In this document: positions 13,068 to 26,219 of the stretch, piece by piece
Layout of the letters: each line of letters begins with the position of its first letter
Position numbering within the stretch: position 1 is the first letter of the stretch
Origin: Mobula birostris
Taxonomy: Eukaryota
Reading direction: 5' to 3'
Length of the DNA stretch: 64,000 nt
Assembly: GCF_030028105.1 (NCBI RefSeq)
Contig: NC_092400.1
Span: 18,042,001 to 18,106,000, forward strand
Program-made: the position numbers and the translations under genes
Notes under the pieces: generated by a model
The model's database searches: none
What the model was told of the DNA's origin: nothing
The model's input: the letters and a program-made list of their open reading frames with translations, nothing else

Positions 13068-14176
13068 CAGCAGTCTCCAACTACCAGGCCGCGAGGAAAT
13101 GATATGATTTGGTGATATGAGTCAGCTGCACCTTTCCTCATTCCCTGTCACGCCCGCTGTTGAACTTGAACGCACACGAGGTCATTACCCGTGCATCATC
13201 CATATCAGCGCAGGAAGGAGATCAACTCCTCAAGCTTGCAGATGACGGTTGGCTGAAAAGTATGTTTGACATAACATCTCTGCTGGCATTCTGGATCAAA
13301 GTCAAGGCTGAATATCCTGAGATAGCCACGAAAGCACTGAAAACATTGCTTCCATTTCCAACATATCTCTGCAATGAATGCAACGAAAACTAAATTGCAG
13401 AATAGACTGGACATAAGGAACCCCCTTCAAATATCGCTGTCTCCTATCACCCCTCGATGTTGCAGGGAACAAGTATTCAGCCCAGGGCTCCCACTGATTC
13501 AGCGATATTGGTGTGTTTAATATCCAAACGTTACTTAAAATGTTATGATGCTATTGACTTAAGAGTGACTTATATAACCATATAACAATTACAGCACGGA
13601 AACAGGCCATCTCTGCCCTTCTAGTCTGTGCCGAACGTTACTCTCACCTACCTGCACTCAGCCCATAACCCTCCATTCCTTTCCTGTCGATATACCTATC
13701 CAATTTTTCTTTAAATGATAATATCGAACCTGCCTCTACCACTTATACTGGAAGTTCATTCAACACTTACTTTAAGCTCCCCTGTCCTCCCCTGATAATT
13801 GACTTATCACTATATTCATGCGAGGAAAATATGCACTGTGTGTTTAATATTAAATTTGTTAGATAAACCCTTTTAGAAATGAAATTGAGTGTATTAGCCA
13901 CTTATCACCTATATTCCGGTCATAATTAACAACCTCCCCCCCGAACAGAATCGCCAAAAACAATTTGTAGAAAAAAATTGGCACGTGCACGCATGCCCAC
14001 TGGTGCCCACGCAAGGCTTCATGGTCATTGTAGTCTTTCTCGGGGTAAACACAATGTATTTGACTGCTACTCCTTGCCAACCCTACCCCAACCCCTCCCC
14101 CCCCGGGTCGTCCGGTCCACAAGAATATTGTCAATAATAAACCAGTCCACATTGCAAAAAAGGCAGGGGGGCCCTG
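13068..14176 (+). mobile_element. Internally deleted hAT (Charlie/Buster-like) DNA transposon
   Basis: CAG...CTG ends; 8-bp TSD ttctaaac/ttcaaaac; ORF 13160-13393 (FWIKVKAEYPEIATKALKTLLPFPTYLC) is the hAT C-terminal dimerisation domain; contains a minus-strand CR1 3' piece at ~13576-13760. Confidence 0.88.
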
Positions 14177-15854
14177 TTCAAAACCAATGATACCAAATAA
14201 ATCAGCTGTGTTTATTATATCTTTTTTAATGAAATGTGGTATTATTGATACTTGGTGTTTTTTTATCCAGTAGACAAGGAATATTCGTTTTCCTCTCATG
14301 TCCATCATACATATTTCAGGATTTTTTTTATTGATATCCAAATGATTCCATTAGTTCGATCTTGTGTATATAAAGAGATTGCTGTTTCAGATCACGCTCC
14401 TGTGTTTCTATCTTTAAATCTCCCTGGTCTTCTTCAAACAAATAGATTTTGGCAATTTAATCTAACTTTATTATCTGATGAAGATTTTTTAAAGTTTACG
14501 GAGACAAATTACTTTTTTTTAAGTGAATACGTTACAGCAGACTTCTAATCTTAACAGATGGGATGCCTTTAAGGCGTATATTAGAGGACAAATTATTTCT
14601 TATACTGCAAGTATTAAGAAAAAAGCTAATAAACAGAGAAGTGATTTTAGATTAGATTAGATTAACTGATTTAGCTAATCAATTAATTGATTTAGCTAAT
14701 CAGCTGAAGCAGTTAGACCAAGAGTATGCCTTGGCTCCAGAACCTGCCTTATATAAGAGATGTGTTGAAATTAAAGCTAAATATCATCTCCTTTTAACTT
14801 ATCCAATTGAAACACAACTCCTAAAAGCTAAAAGTCAATTTTATATTCATAGAGATAAAATAGGTAAATTATTGGCTGATCCAATTAAAATTTTTATAGC
14901 TAAACAACAGATTAAAGAAATATGCAAAGCTAATGGTGATAGGACAACTAATTATTTAGGAATAAATGATACTTTTAGAGAATTTTACTCTAAACTTTAT
15001 AGTTCTGAATCTTCTAAGGATAACACTGTAATGAACAATTTTTTAGATCAACTAAACATTCCTACAATTTCTGCCGACAACAAAAAGTTGTTGGAACAAC
15101 CTTTTTTTTTGAGGAAATAGTCGAGAATGCGTGTTCATTACGTTTGAGGAAAGCTCCGGGTCCAGATGGATTTTCTGGAGTATTTTACAAGACCTTTTCC
15201 TCATTTACCTCATTTACATTGTTTTTTTGAATTCACTTAAGTTGGGCAGTCTCCCTCAATCTTTTTATGTGGCTTCCATTTCTCTTGTTCTTAAGAAGAA
15301 TAAGGATCCAACTGAATGCTCTTCCTATAGACCAATCTCTTTACTTAATGTTGATACTAAGATCCTATCTAAAGCTTTGGCCTATAGGATTGAAAATATT
15401 TTACTATCTGTCATTTCTGATAACCAAACTGGATTTATCAAAAATCGATATTCTCATTTTAATATTAGTCAGTTATTAAATGTTATTTATTCTCCTTCTA
15501 ATACAATATCAGAATCTGGGGTATCCCTAGATGCTGAGAAAGCTTTTGACAGGGTTGAATGGAATTATTTATTTAAAACTTTAGAAAATTTCAATTTTGG
15601 ACCCGTTTTCATTCAATGGATTAAATTACTTTATTTAGCTCCTTCCGCTAGGGTTATCACTAATTCTCATAATTCCAAAGCATTTAAGCTTCAACATGGC
15701 ACTAGACAAGGCTGTCCATTGAGCCCTTTGCTTTTTGATCTGGCCTTAGAACCTTTAGCCATTGCCCTTTTGCGAATCCAATGATATCACCGGTATTTTA
15801 AGGACAGACACTATTCATAAAGTCTCGCTGTATGCTGAAGATCTGCTGCTATTT

Positions 15855-16532
15855 TTTTTAGATTATGAGAACACTCAGTCCTCGTTTATTGTCATTTAGA
15901 AATGCATGCATTAAAAAATGATACAATCTTCCTCCAGAATGATCTCACAAGAAACACAGGACAAACCAAGACTAAAACTGACAAAATTACATAATTATAA
16001 CATATAGTTACTACAGTGCAAAGCAATATCATAATTTGATAAAGAGCAGACCATGGGCATGGTAAAAAAAAGTCTCAAAGTCCCGATAGCCTCATCATCT
16101 TACACAGACGGTAGAAGGGAGAAACTCTCCCTGCCATGAACCTCCAAGCACCGCAAACTTGCCGATGCAGCACCATTGGAAGCACCCGACCGCAGCAGAC
16201 TCAGAATCCATCCGAAAACTTCGAGCCTCCAACCAGCCCTCCGACACAGCCTCTCGAGCACCATCCTCTGCCAAGCGCTTCAGTCCTGCCCCTGCCGCAG
16301 ACCAACAAGCAAAGCCAAGAACTCAGGGCCTTCCCCTCCGGAGGTTCTGGACCACACAGCAGCAGCAGCAGCGAAGCAGGCATTTCATAACTTTCACCGG
16401 ATGTTCCTTCATGACCTAACGTCCGTCTCCATCAAATCAGGATTGTGCACAGCACCCTACTTGCCAAATAACAGACATCACCACCGGAGTGGCCGCTGCG
16501 AGCTGCGTCACGCTGCCACCTTCTCCGACTCT
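15855..16532 (-). mobile_element. SINE-like element nested in the L1 RT (same family as 12090-12714)
   Basis: Splits LYAEDLLL|FISNAE; TSD ctattt (15849-15854, 16533-16538); T-run at the left end. Confidence 0.78.
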
Positions 16533-16968
16533 CTATTTATTTCTAATGCTGAGACCGCATTACCCCATTTGCTTTCTTTACTCTCCTTTTTTAGCCAGTT
16601 CTCAGGCTATAAATTAAACTTATATAAAAGTGAACTTTTTCCTTTGAACAATTTGATACCAACAAATTCTAACCTTCCTTTTAAAATTGTTAGAAATCAA
16701 ATTACCTACTTAGGTGTAACAATTACTAAAAACTCTAAGTGTCTATTTAAAGAAAATTTTCTTACCCTATTGAATCATGTAAAACGGATACTATCAAATT
16801 GGTCGCCTCTTTCGTTATCGCTGATTGGTCGAATCAACTCTATCAAAATGAATATATTACCTAAATGTATATATCTTTTTCAGGCTTTGCCAGTTTTTAT
16901 TCCTAAATCCTTTTTTGATTCCTTTGACACTATTATATCTTCTTATATCTGGAAGAATAAGCATCCTA

Positions 16969-17701
16969 GTTCAGTTTCAGTTTCAGGGTTCTGGGAATAC
17001 ACATCTCAGAAGACCTTACATGGCCCACTAACACCACAACAATAGTTAAGAAAGCACAGCAATGCTTGTTTTTCCTCAGGACGCTGAAGAAAGCTGGTCT
17101 ACCTGAACAGACGCTGGTGACCTTTTACCACTGCACCATAGAGAGCATCTTAACATACTGCATCTCCGTGTGGTATCTCAGTTGTACAGCAGCCGATAGG
17201 AAATCACTTCAGTGGGTCGTCTCTAGCGCACAGAAGATCATCGGGACACAGCTCCCAGCCCTGGAGGACACCTACAGCTCACGCTGCCTAAGGAAAGCTA
17301 CAAGCATCTGTAAGGACAATACGCAACCATGCAATCATCTGCTTGATCTTCTTGCATCTGGCAGACGTTATAAGATTTTCTATGCCTGCACTTCTAGACT
17401 GAAAAATAGCTTTTTCCCCAGAGCTATAATTGCTCTGAACCAATCGATCAAGCATCATACATAAATTTGTTATATTGCTACTTTAATACTGGTTTTATGG
17501 CTGTCAGGTATCTGAATTGTGCTTTTGGACTGCTGGGCACTGCTTCTACTGGCTGGTTACTTGACTTTAATTATTGTTTATTATTTTATTTGTTACTTTT
17601 AGCATTGAGTACGAAAGTTGCAAACTCATTTTCGCTACATTGGTGCATGACAAATTGTACTATGCAATGACAATAAAGAAATTTCATTTCATTTCATTTC
17701 C
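16969..17701 (+). mobile_element. Rex1/Babar LINE 3' fragment nested in the L1
   Basis: KKAQQ.LFFLR.LKK..FY.CTIESILTYCI.VWY...RLKNSFFPRAI C-terminal signature; (ATTTC)n tail. Confidence 0.85.
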
Positions 17702-18870
17702 AGATTAAACAAAATTCATCTTCACAAAGATAAAAAGAATGGAGGATTAGCCTTACCAAACTTTAGATTTTATTATTGGGCAGTTAATATAAGAAATCTT
17801 ACATTCTGGTTATATTACATAAACCATGAGGATTGCCCGATGTGGATTTTGTTAGAAGCTATCTCTGCTAATAAATTCTCTATTATTTCTCTTCTTGGAT
17901 CCTCACTCCCTTTGTCTCTGAGTAAATTAACTGATAATCTGGTAGTTAAACACATTATGAGAATTTGGATACAATTCCAAAAATACTTTGGCTTATTGAG
18001 ATTTTCCCTTTCGAGTCCCATTTTTTCTAATTATTTTTTTAAATCTTCAATGATTGATGTGGCTTTTAAAGAATGGGATAGATTAGGTATCAAATGCTTT
18101 CATGACTTGTTTGTAGAAAGAGTCTTTTTTCGTTTGAACAACTGTCAATTGAATATAGTTTACACAAAACTCATTTTTTTCGATACCTACAAATAAGAGA
18201 TTTTTTACGATCTCAAATAAGTACATTTCCTAAAAGTCCTGATAAGAATCTACTAGATGTAATCTTTAATTTGAAACTTTTTTATAATGGATCTATATCT
18301 AATATTTACAATATGCTGCTGGGAATGAGAAGTATTCCTTTAGATAAAATTAAGAGTCTTTGGAACAAGATATATAGACTTCAGTTTCTGAGGAAACTTG
18401 GAATCAAATTTTTAAATTGGTTAACACTTCAACATTATGTACTCGCCACTCTCTCCTACAATTTAAAGTGGTCCATAGGGCCCATGTGACTAAGGATAAG
18501 TTGTCTCGTTTCCACTTGGATATCCCTCCGTATTGTGATAAATGTAATAATGGAGAAGCTTCAATCATTCATATGTTTTGGACATGCCCGGGTCTTGGAA
18601 AATTTGGAAAGAAGTGTTTCAAACTTTCTCGATACTTTTTAAAGTAAACTTTAAGCCTAATCCTTTAACTGCTTTATTTGATATTTTTGGAGGAAAGGAT
18701 ATTATTTTGCAGTCAGCTGACTTGCACATTTTGGCTTTTGTGTCTCTTATGGCCAGAAGGACGCTTTTACTTAAATGGAAAGATGCGTCCCCTCCTATTC
18801 ATGCATAATGGTTATGTGATGTAATGTCATCTTTAAATTTGGAGAAGATTCGATGTTCAATCTCAGAATC

Positions 18871-21284
18871 ATAGAACATAGAATAGTACAGCACAGTACA
18901 GGCCCTTTGGCCCACAATGTTGTGCCGACCCTCAAACCCTGCCTCCAATATAAGTCCCCACCTTAAATTCCTCCATATACCTGTCTAGTAGTCTCTTAAA
19001 CTTCACTAGTGTATCTGCCTCCACCACTGACTCAGGCAGTGCATTCCATGCACCAACCACTCTCTGAGTGAAAAACCTTCCTCTAATATCCCCCTTGAAC
19101 TTCCCACCCCTTACCTTAAAGCCGTGTCCTCTTGTATTGAGCAGTGGTGCCCTGGTGAAGAGGTGCTGGCTATCCACTCTATCTATTCCCCTTATTATCT
19201 TGTACACCTCTATCATGTCTCCTCTCATCCTCCTTCTTTCCAAAGAGTAAAGCCCTAGCTCCCTTAATCTCTGATCATAATGCATATTTTCTAAACCAGG
19301 CAGCATCCTGGTAAATCTCCTCTGTACCCTTTCCAATGCTTCCACATCCTTCCTATAGTGAGGTGACCAGAACTGGACAGAGTACTCCAAGTGAGGCCTA
19401 ACCAGAGTTTTATAGAGCTGCATCATTACATCGTGACTCTTAAACTCTATCCCTTGACTTATGAAAGCTAACACCCCATAAGCTTTCTTAACTACCCTAT
19501 CCACCTGTGAGACAACTTTCAGGGATCTGTGGACATGTACCCCGAGATCCCTCTGCTCCTCCATGCTACCAAGTATCCTGCCATTTACTTTGTACTCTGC
19601 CTTGGAGTTTGTCCTTCCAAAGTGTACCACCTCACACTTCTCCAGGTTGAACTCCAACTGCCACTTCTCAGCCCACTTCTGCATCCTATCAATGTCCCTC
19701 TGCAATCTTTGACAATCCTCTACACTATCTACAACACCACCAACCTTTGTGTCGTCTGCAAACTTGCCAACCCACCCTTCTACCCCCACATCCAGGTCAT
19801 TAATAAAAATCACAAAAAGTAGAGGTCCCAGAACAGATCCTTGTGGGACACCACTAGTCACAATCCTCCAATCTGAATGTACTCCCTCCACCACCACCCC
19901 CTGCCTTCTGCAGGCAAGCCAATTCTGAATCCACCTGGCCAAACTTCCCTGGATCCCATGCCTTCTAACTTTCTGAACAAGCCTCCCGTGTGGAACCTTG
20001 TCAAATGCCTTACTAAAATCCATATAGATCACATCCACTGCACTATCCTCATCTATATGCCTGGTCACTTCCTCAAAGAACTCTATCAGGCTTGTTAGAC
20101 ATGATCTGCCCTTCACAAAGCCATGCTGACTGTCCCTGATCAGACCATGATTCTCTAAATGCCCAGAGATCCTATCTCTAAAAATCTTTTCCAACAGCTT
20201 TCCCACCACAGACGTAAGGCTCACTGGTCTATAATTACCCGGACTATCCCTACTACCTTTTTTGAACAAAGGGACAACATTCGCCTCCCTCCAATCCTCT
20301 GGTACCATTCCCATGGACAACGAGGACATAAAGATCCTAGCCAGAGGCTCAGCAATCTCTTCTCTCGCCTCGTGGAGCAGCCTGGAGAATATTCCATCAG
20401 GCCCCGGGGACATATCTGTCCTAATGTATCTTAACAACCCCAACACCTCCTCTCCCTTAATATCAACATGCTCCAGAACATCAACCTCACTCATATTGTC
20501 CTCACCATCATCAAGTTCCCTCTCATTGGTGAATACCGAAGAGAAGTATTCATTGAGGACCTTGCTCACTTCCACAGCCTCCAGGCACATCTTCCCACCT
20601 TTATCTCTCATCAGTCCTACCTTCACTCCTGTCATCCTTTTTTTCTTCACATAATTTAAGAATGCCTTGGGGTTTTCCTTTACCCTACTCGCCAAGGCCT
20701 TCTCATGCCTCCTTCTTGCTCTTCTCAGCCCCTTCTTAAGCTCCTTTCTTACTTCCCTATATTCCTCAATAGACCCATCTGATCCTTGCTTCCTAAACCT
20801 CATGTATGCTGCCTTCTTCCACCTGACTAGATTTTCCACCTCACTTGTCACCCATGGTTCCTTCACCCTACCATTCTTTATCTTCCTCACCGGGACAAAT
20901 TTATCCCTAACACCCCGCAAGGGATGTCTAAACATCGACCACATGTCCATAGTACATTTCCCCGCAAAAACAACATCCCAATTCGCACCCGCAAGTTCTA
21001 GCCTTATAGCCTCATAATTTGCCCTTACCCAATTAAAAATTTTCCTGTCCTCTCTGATTCTATCCTTTTCCATGATAATGCTGAAGGCCAGGGAGTGGTG
21101 GTCACTGTCCCCCAGATGCTCACCCACTGAGAGATCTGTGACCTGACCCGGTTCATTACCTAGCACTAGATCTAGTATGGCATTCCCCATGGTCGGCCTG
21201 TCCACATACTGTGACAGGAATCCGTCCTGGACACACTTAACAAACTCTGCCCCATCTAAACCCTTGGAACTAATCAGGTGCCAA
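18871..21284 (-). mobile_element. Young 5'-truncated CR1 (HER1-like) LINE with uninterrupted ORF2 (18932-21205, still open up to the 5' junction)
   Basis: LDLVL, SDH, PGPDG, NYRPVSLTS, QHGF, DFSKAFDKV, GVPQGSVLGP, FADDTK; tandem atagaa(c)-type tail; 14-bp TSD tcaatct(c/t)agaatc. Confidence 0.95.
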
Positions 21285-22146
21285 TCAATCTTAGAATCCA
21301 GTCAATACTTTCCATCGTTATGGGAACCTTTTCTGAATTATTTTCAAAACCTTTGATTTGCTGCTAAAGCACAGACGATGACTGATATTTTTTTTCCTTT
21401 TTTTCATTACTAATCAGCTTCGATCTTGGTAGTGCATTAGATCTTTTTTATATAATAAAATACTATATTTTAATGTTACGAATTAATTAACTTGTATGAA
21501 TATAGGGTAAGGAGTCTTCATATGCGATTTAGTATAATGTATTGTTATTTTTTTTCCTGTACTCTATTCTTATATGTAAATTAATTAATAAAAATATTGG
21601 AAAAAGAAAAGGTAGACAGCGCATTAACAGAGTGTCCGCAATCATGAGATTCAGTGAATACACAATACTTGGTTTCCGCGACTTCACATGAACACAAAGG
21701 ATCCACAAAGCAATCATATTTCCAGCAAGCCCAAGGATGACTGTGACGATAGTTACGGGCGGATTGTAGGACGAGTTAACATCTTCACCAGGAGCACATT
21801 GCGGGGTCCAGTTCGCCATTGTGCGAAAAGGCGGTCACACAGTCAAGATGTTTCAGAGGGCAGAAAACTCATTTGGAGAGAAACAACCTTACAAGCTGAT
21901 CTTCTTTGAATAAGTTTGTTCTCCTGTGGGTGCAGTATATGGGCGGAGTAAATTAGTCAGAGATGTCCGATGAAATCACCAACTTCCAGGAAATCTAGAG
22001 GCACAAGCATTCAGATTAAGGAGCAGACAATGAAATATATCTGATTGTCACATTTCTTCTGTAATTTGATGTTTAGTGTAAACAACAACTGAACCCCATA
22101 ACTATGACTGCATGTTTTCATGCACTGAGTTTCTGACACATGAACC

Positions 22147-24110
22147 ATGAGGTTCCAGAACAGTTACTACCCTCCAACCATCAGACTCTTGAACAAAAGA
22201 GGACAACTACACCGATTCTGTTTCTGCTGTTCCCACAATCAAATGATCTCACTTCCTTCTGACCAAGGGTCTCGACCCGAAACATTGACTGTACTTCTTC
22301 CTATAGATGCTGCCTGGCCTGCTGCGTTCCACCAGCATTTTGTGTGTGTTGCTTGAGTTTCCAGTATCTGCAGATTTTCTCGTTTTTGCGTTTTTAAATT
22401 CACTACTGCGAAGCCTCTTCCAGGGATGCCTACACCGAAGAAGTTTAAATCTTCTCTTCGACGGGAGTTTACTGAAATTCTCTCTCACTGTTCCCCATCT
22501 GTAATTTCTTCGGCCCTTTTCGACCACACGCTCACCCAGGCCCGCTATTATAGCCATATATCCTTCCTAGGGACGTGTCTCTGCCGCAAACTTACTGAGT
22601 TGGCTTCACGATTTCTTTTTGAGCCTCCCAATTTGGATTTTCTGAGGACCCTAGGTACTCACATTTGATTGACTCTGCTTCCCGGTGCTTCTCCCGTTGA
22701 GCTCTGAGGGTGACACTCTCCGTCATGAGGAGGTACCTGTCGTCCCTATCCCAGTCCCTTCCACACCTCCGAGACACTTTCTTCGCCATTTGTAATGGAC
22801 CTGCCCGTTATTTTATCCTTCATCGGATCCATGCTTGCAATCACCATTTCTTCGACTTTGTCACGTCCTGCAAGACCCCAGAGCCTGCCGTTTCCAACAC
22901 TAGCAGGCGTGAACCTCGGACCCCGGCTCTCACCGTCAATCCCGGCGGCTCTACCGACCCAGAGCAAATTCGGAACCCGGGCTCCACCACCATCCATGCG
23001 GGTTCCAACAACCATGGACACCTTCAAAGCGATTGCGCAGCCTCCAACTGCGACTCCAGCCTTGAACTCCAAGCCGGGTCTTCACGTGCTGCTATTGGAA
23101 CTCCCGTCTCCCCATTCTCCACCACCACTTTGCAACCCCGTCTCCTTCAGATCCTATCATCAGCTCCTGGGACCTTAGAGGCTCCATCTACCACTCACTT
23201 CAACCCTCCCCTCTCCACTGACGCTACCGACCTCCCTCCCCCCACTGATCCCAGCTTTCATCTGGCTCGGGTCTTCACCATCCCCTTCGACCTTCCACTC
23301 TCTGAGGCAGAGCGCTCTGTCCTCAGTAAGGGCTTCACCTTTGTCTCCCTGCGCCCACACCTCAGCGAGTTCCGCGTGCGCCATCAAACTGAACTCTTCT
23401 TCTGCGGGCTCCGTCTCCAAGCTTACTTCTTCGGCAAGGACTCTGATGACCCCTTCACCCGTCTTCAACCCTCCTCCTCTTCATGGACACTCCGCTCTGG
23501 TCTTCTGCCTGCTCTGGATCTTTTTATTGCTAACTGCCAACGGAACATCAACCGTCTCGACTTCACCACACCTTGTTCCAATTCCAACCTCACTCCTTCC
23601 GAACGCTCTGTTCTCCATTCCCTCCGCACCAATCCTAACCTTACCATAAAACCTGCTGATAAGGGGGGCGCTGTAGTAGCCTGGCGTAGTGACCTCTACC
23701 TTGCCAAGGCACAGCAACAACTCGCTGATACCTCCTCTTATTTACCCCTCGAACATGACCCCACTAAGGAGCACCAGGCCATTGTCTCCCACACCGTCCT
23801 GACGAAGGGGCTCAAAAAGGTTGACTGTACTTCTTCCTATAGATGCTGCCTGGCCTGCTGTGTTCCACCAGCATTTTGTGTGTGTTGCATCTCACTTTAA
23901 CCACGCTTTACCTTCTTTTTTCATGTCCGTCTTAATTACTGCTCGTTATTTAGATTTGCATTTGCACCGTTCGTTGATCCTGCTTACAGTTACTGATCTA
24001 TAGATTTACTGCATGCCCACAGGAAAAAGAGTCTCAGGGTTGTACATGGCGGCGTGTCTGTACTCTAACAATCAATTTTACTTTGAAATTTGAACTCTTG
24101 AACTTTGAAC
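22147..24110 (+). mobile_element. Old Rex1/Babar 3' end (part of the cassette), split here by a Penelope element
   Basis: RFQNSYYPPTIRLLN followed by a 3'UTR ending tttactttgaa...; uninterrupted paralogues at ~50255-50550, ~57040-57350 and ~61490-61670. Confidence 0.7.
22255..23888 (+). mobile_element. Internally deleted Penelope-like element flanked by direct pLTR repeats
   Basis: ORF with LSKGFTFV..FFCGLRLQAYF..IKPADKGGAVV (PLE N-terminal RT region) truncated at ~23795; direct repeats at 22255-22352 and 23796-23888; 9-bp TSD atctcactt. Confidence 0.88.
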
Positions 24111-26219
24111 ATGATTGCCAGATTGAATAATTATCGAGCTGGTGGGCAAGTGTGCTTCATAAAATGGCCACTGTTGGGATTCAGCTAAAAGTCCGTAATG
24201 GCCACTGGCCACTGTGAATGGAAGGCTACTGCAGGTACAGTACCTGCTGACCAGAATTCCTGGGAGTTCTGTTGATATCAACTTAGATAAAGACTGAAGA
24301 TGATGGATTCCAAAGGGTCTCCCAGGGTATCAGAGCAGACCTGCTGTCAGATAATTTAACCACTGGAGGCACTAGCCTGGTGAAGGTCAGAGGCACCAAG
24401 CTTTATCACTTGGACTTCTATCAGGTTCCCTCCTATAGCATGTGAGTTATTCTGCCGAGACTCCCAGTGCTCATGCAGAGAAATACAAAATTAATTCAAG
24501 CCTTTGTGTCCCAATGCTCAGACAATCCTTCATTGCCACCTCAATTTCTACTTCACTTCAATCCTTCAGCCTTCCTCCAATCTTGCTGCCGTCACTGCGG
24601 ACACGTCTGCCTCATTCAACAAATATGAATTCCCCCGCCGACTTTGGGAAACCCTGGCCAACGGCTACTCAAAGTACAGAAGAAGCATTCGGGATGGAAC
24701 TGAGAAGCTCATGCCCATACTTCAGAAACGCTACAAAGAGCTGCGTTATTAGTAGGAGGAGCAGACCACCTCAGCTACACCCATTCCACACCCTGTCAGG
24801 AAGAATCTGCTCATCTGTGGAGAACCATAAGACCATCAAAAGTTATTGGATCAGAATTAGGCTAATCGGACCAGCGGGTCTGCTCCACTACTTAATCATG
24901 GCTGAGTTTCTGTTTCCAACTCCGGTCTCCCAACTTCATCCTATAACCCTTAAAACTCCCTTAACAACGAAGAAACTATAAATCTTGTCTTAAATGCACT
25001 CCATGATTTGGCCCCAAACGCCCTATATGACAATGAATTCCACAGACTCCCCACACACAGGCTGAGGAAATTTCTCATCTCAGTTCTAAACAGATGACGC
25101 TTTATTCCGGGGCTGTGCCCTCGAATCCTAGACCTCTGGATCCTTGGATCCTCTCCCACTAATGGAAACATCCTCTGCATGTCTACATTATCAGGGTTTG
25201 TGGTTCCTTATATTGAGATGATTAATTACCTCAGAATGGGAAAAAAAAGCATCTGTAAGATCAGACAGGAGTGGATAAAGTTCCTTATCTGAACAGCTGG
25301 ACATATTGCATCCTGCGTGCATTTAATATTTTGTAATAGTTGAGTACTCTGTTTGTATATAGATTGCTTAATTCAGCATTCTTGTTATAATTAGTTTAAA
25401 TTTCTATGTAAATTACGTTATTTGGACATGTCATCACATGATAAGGACATGCATCGCTTGAAGTAAAAGAACAAAATTAAAATTCGCATCCCTTGGCTCT
25501 TGTTTTCTTTTGAGTCAGTTTAAAGTTTTGGAGCTACAAAACATAACCCAGGGTCCTTGGGCCACGCTTGATCATAGTGCTTGTAATGTGGTGAGGCAGT
25601 TCAGTCTATCTTAAAGTCATTCACTGATGCGCTGCTGCCCTACTCAGAATATTAAATACCTGTTAGCTCAATTTCAAAGTTCAGGTGAATTTTGGGCAGG
25701 TATATGAATGGTAGGCAAATGGAGGGCTATGGACCCGGTGAAGGTCAATGAGAGTAGGCAGTATAAATAATTTTTTACGGACCAGATCGGCCAAAGGGCC
25801 TGTTTCTGTGCTGTACTTTTTCTTGACACTGATTTTGCATGAAAATAAAATATCTACAAAGCAGTTGTATTTCTGACTCGTCCTAGGATGATTGTTATAA
25901 TAACTACTGGTGGACTGTGAGCAGGATTGACGACCTCACTAGAGACACATTGCTGGGCCGATTTCTCCATTGTCCAAAGAAAACTTATTCAAACATAATC
26001 ATATCTGCATACAGCAAAGCTCAGAACATCAAAATTCAGAATTCAAAATTTCCTAATATTGCCGCCAAAATGCATAACATTTAATGTAAGGAAATATGTC
26101 CGGCTTTGTTATCGGTACTTTGTACGTCGTAACATAGAAATGTATAATACTTCAGTTAGATATTAAGTACATAACCCATTTGTATGATCCTACCAAAACG
26201 ATAAACCTTTGCTTGCTAT

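Larger units (their letters stand above)
11756..21605 (+). mobile_element. 5'-truncated L1-clade LINE (fragmented ORF2) carrying five direct nested insertions
   Basis: EN start MDQSINLLSFNVKALNHP..FLQE, SDHAP, RT YRPISLLNVD, SLDAEKAFD, GTRQGCPLSP, LYAEDLLL, C-terminal CDKC..HMFWTC; A-rich tail; ~9-bp TSD gaaagggta/gaaaaggta. Confidence 0.92.
10935..21819 (-). pseudogene. HCAR-like GPCR copy 2, split by an L1 stack (5' part ~21606-21819, 3' part ~10935-11755)
   Basis: N-terminus MANWTPQC..MRCLPF stops at the L1 3' end and resumes as PFRADYFLRGKDW at 11755. In-frame TAA at 11481-11483 (ECL2) and 11019-11021 (tail); TM3 LNR changed to LNW. Confidence 0.92.

Noticed and set aside
13160-13393. 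Domesticated ZBED/SCAND3-like gene
   Set aside because: Only the C-terminal domain is present, inside a TSD-flanked deleted hAT element nested in an L1.
16176-17045. 289-aa ORF as a novel gene
   Set aside because: Chance read-through from an antisense SINE into L1 RT sequence and on into a Rex1 insert.
24442-24981. 179-aa ORF and its 'MELRSSCPYFRN' paralogues as a second gene family
   Set aside because: Frames, starts and stops are not conserved among copies, and the 3' part runs into an antisense CR1 tail.
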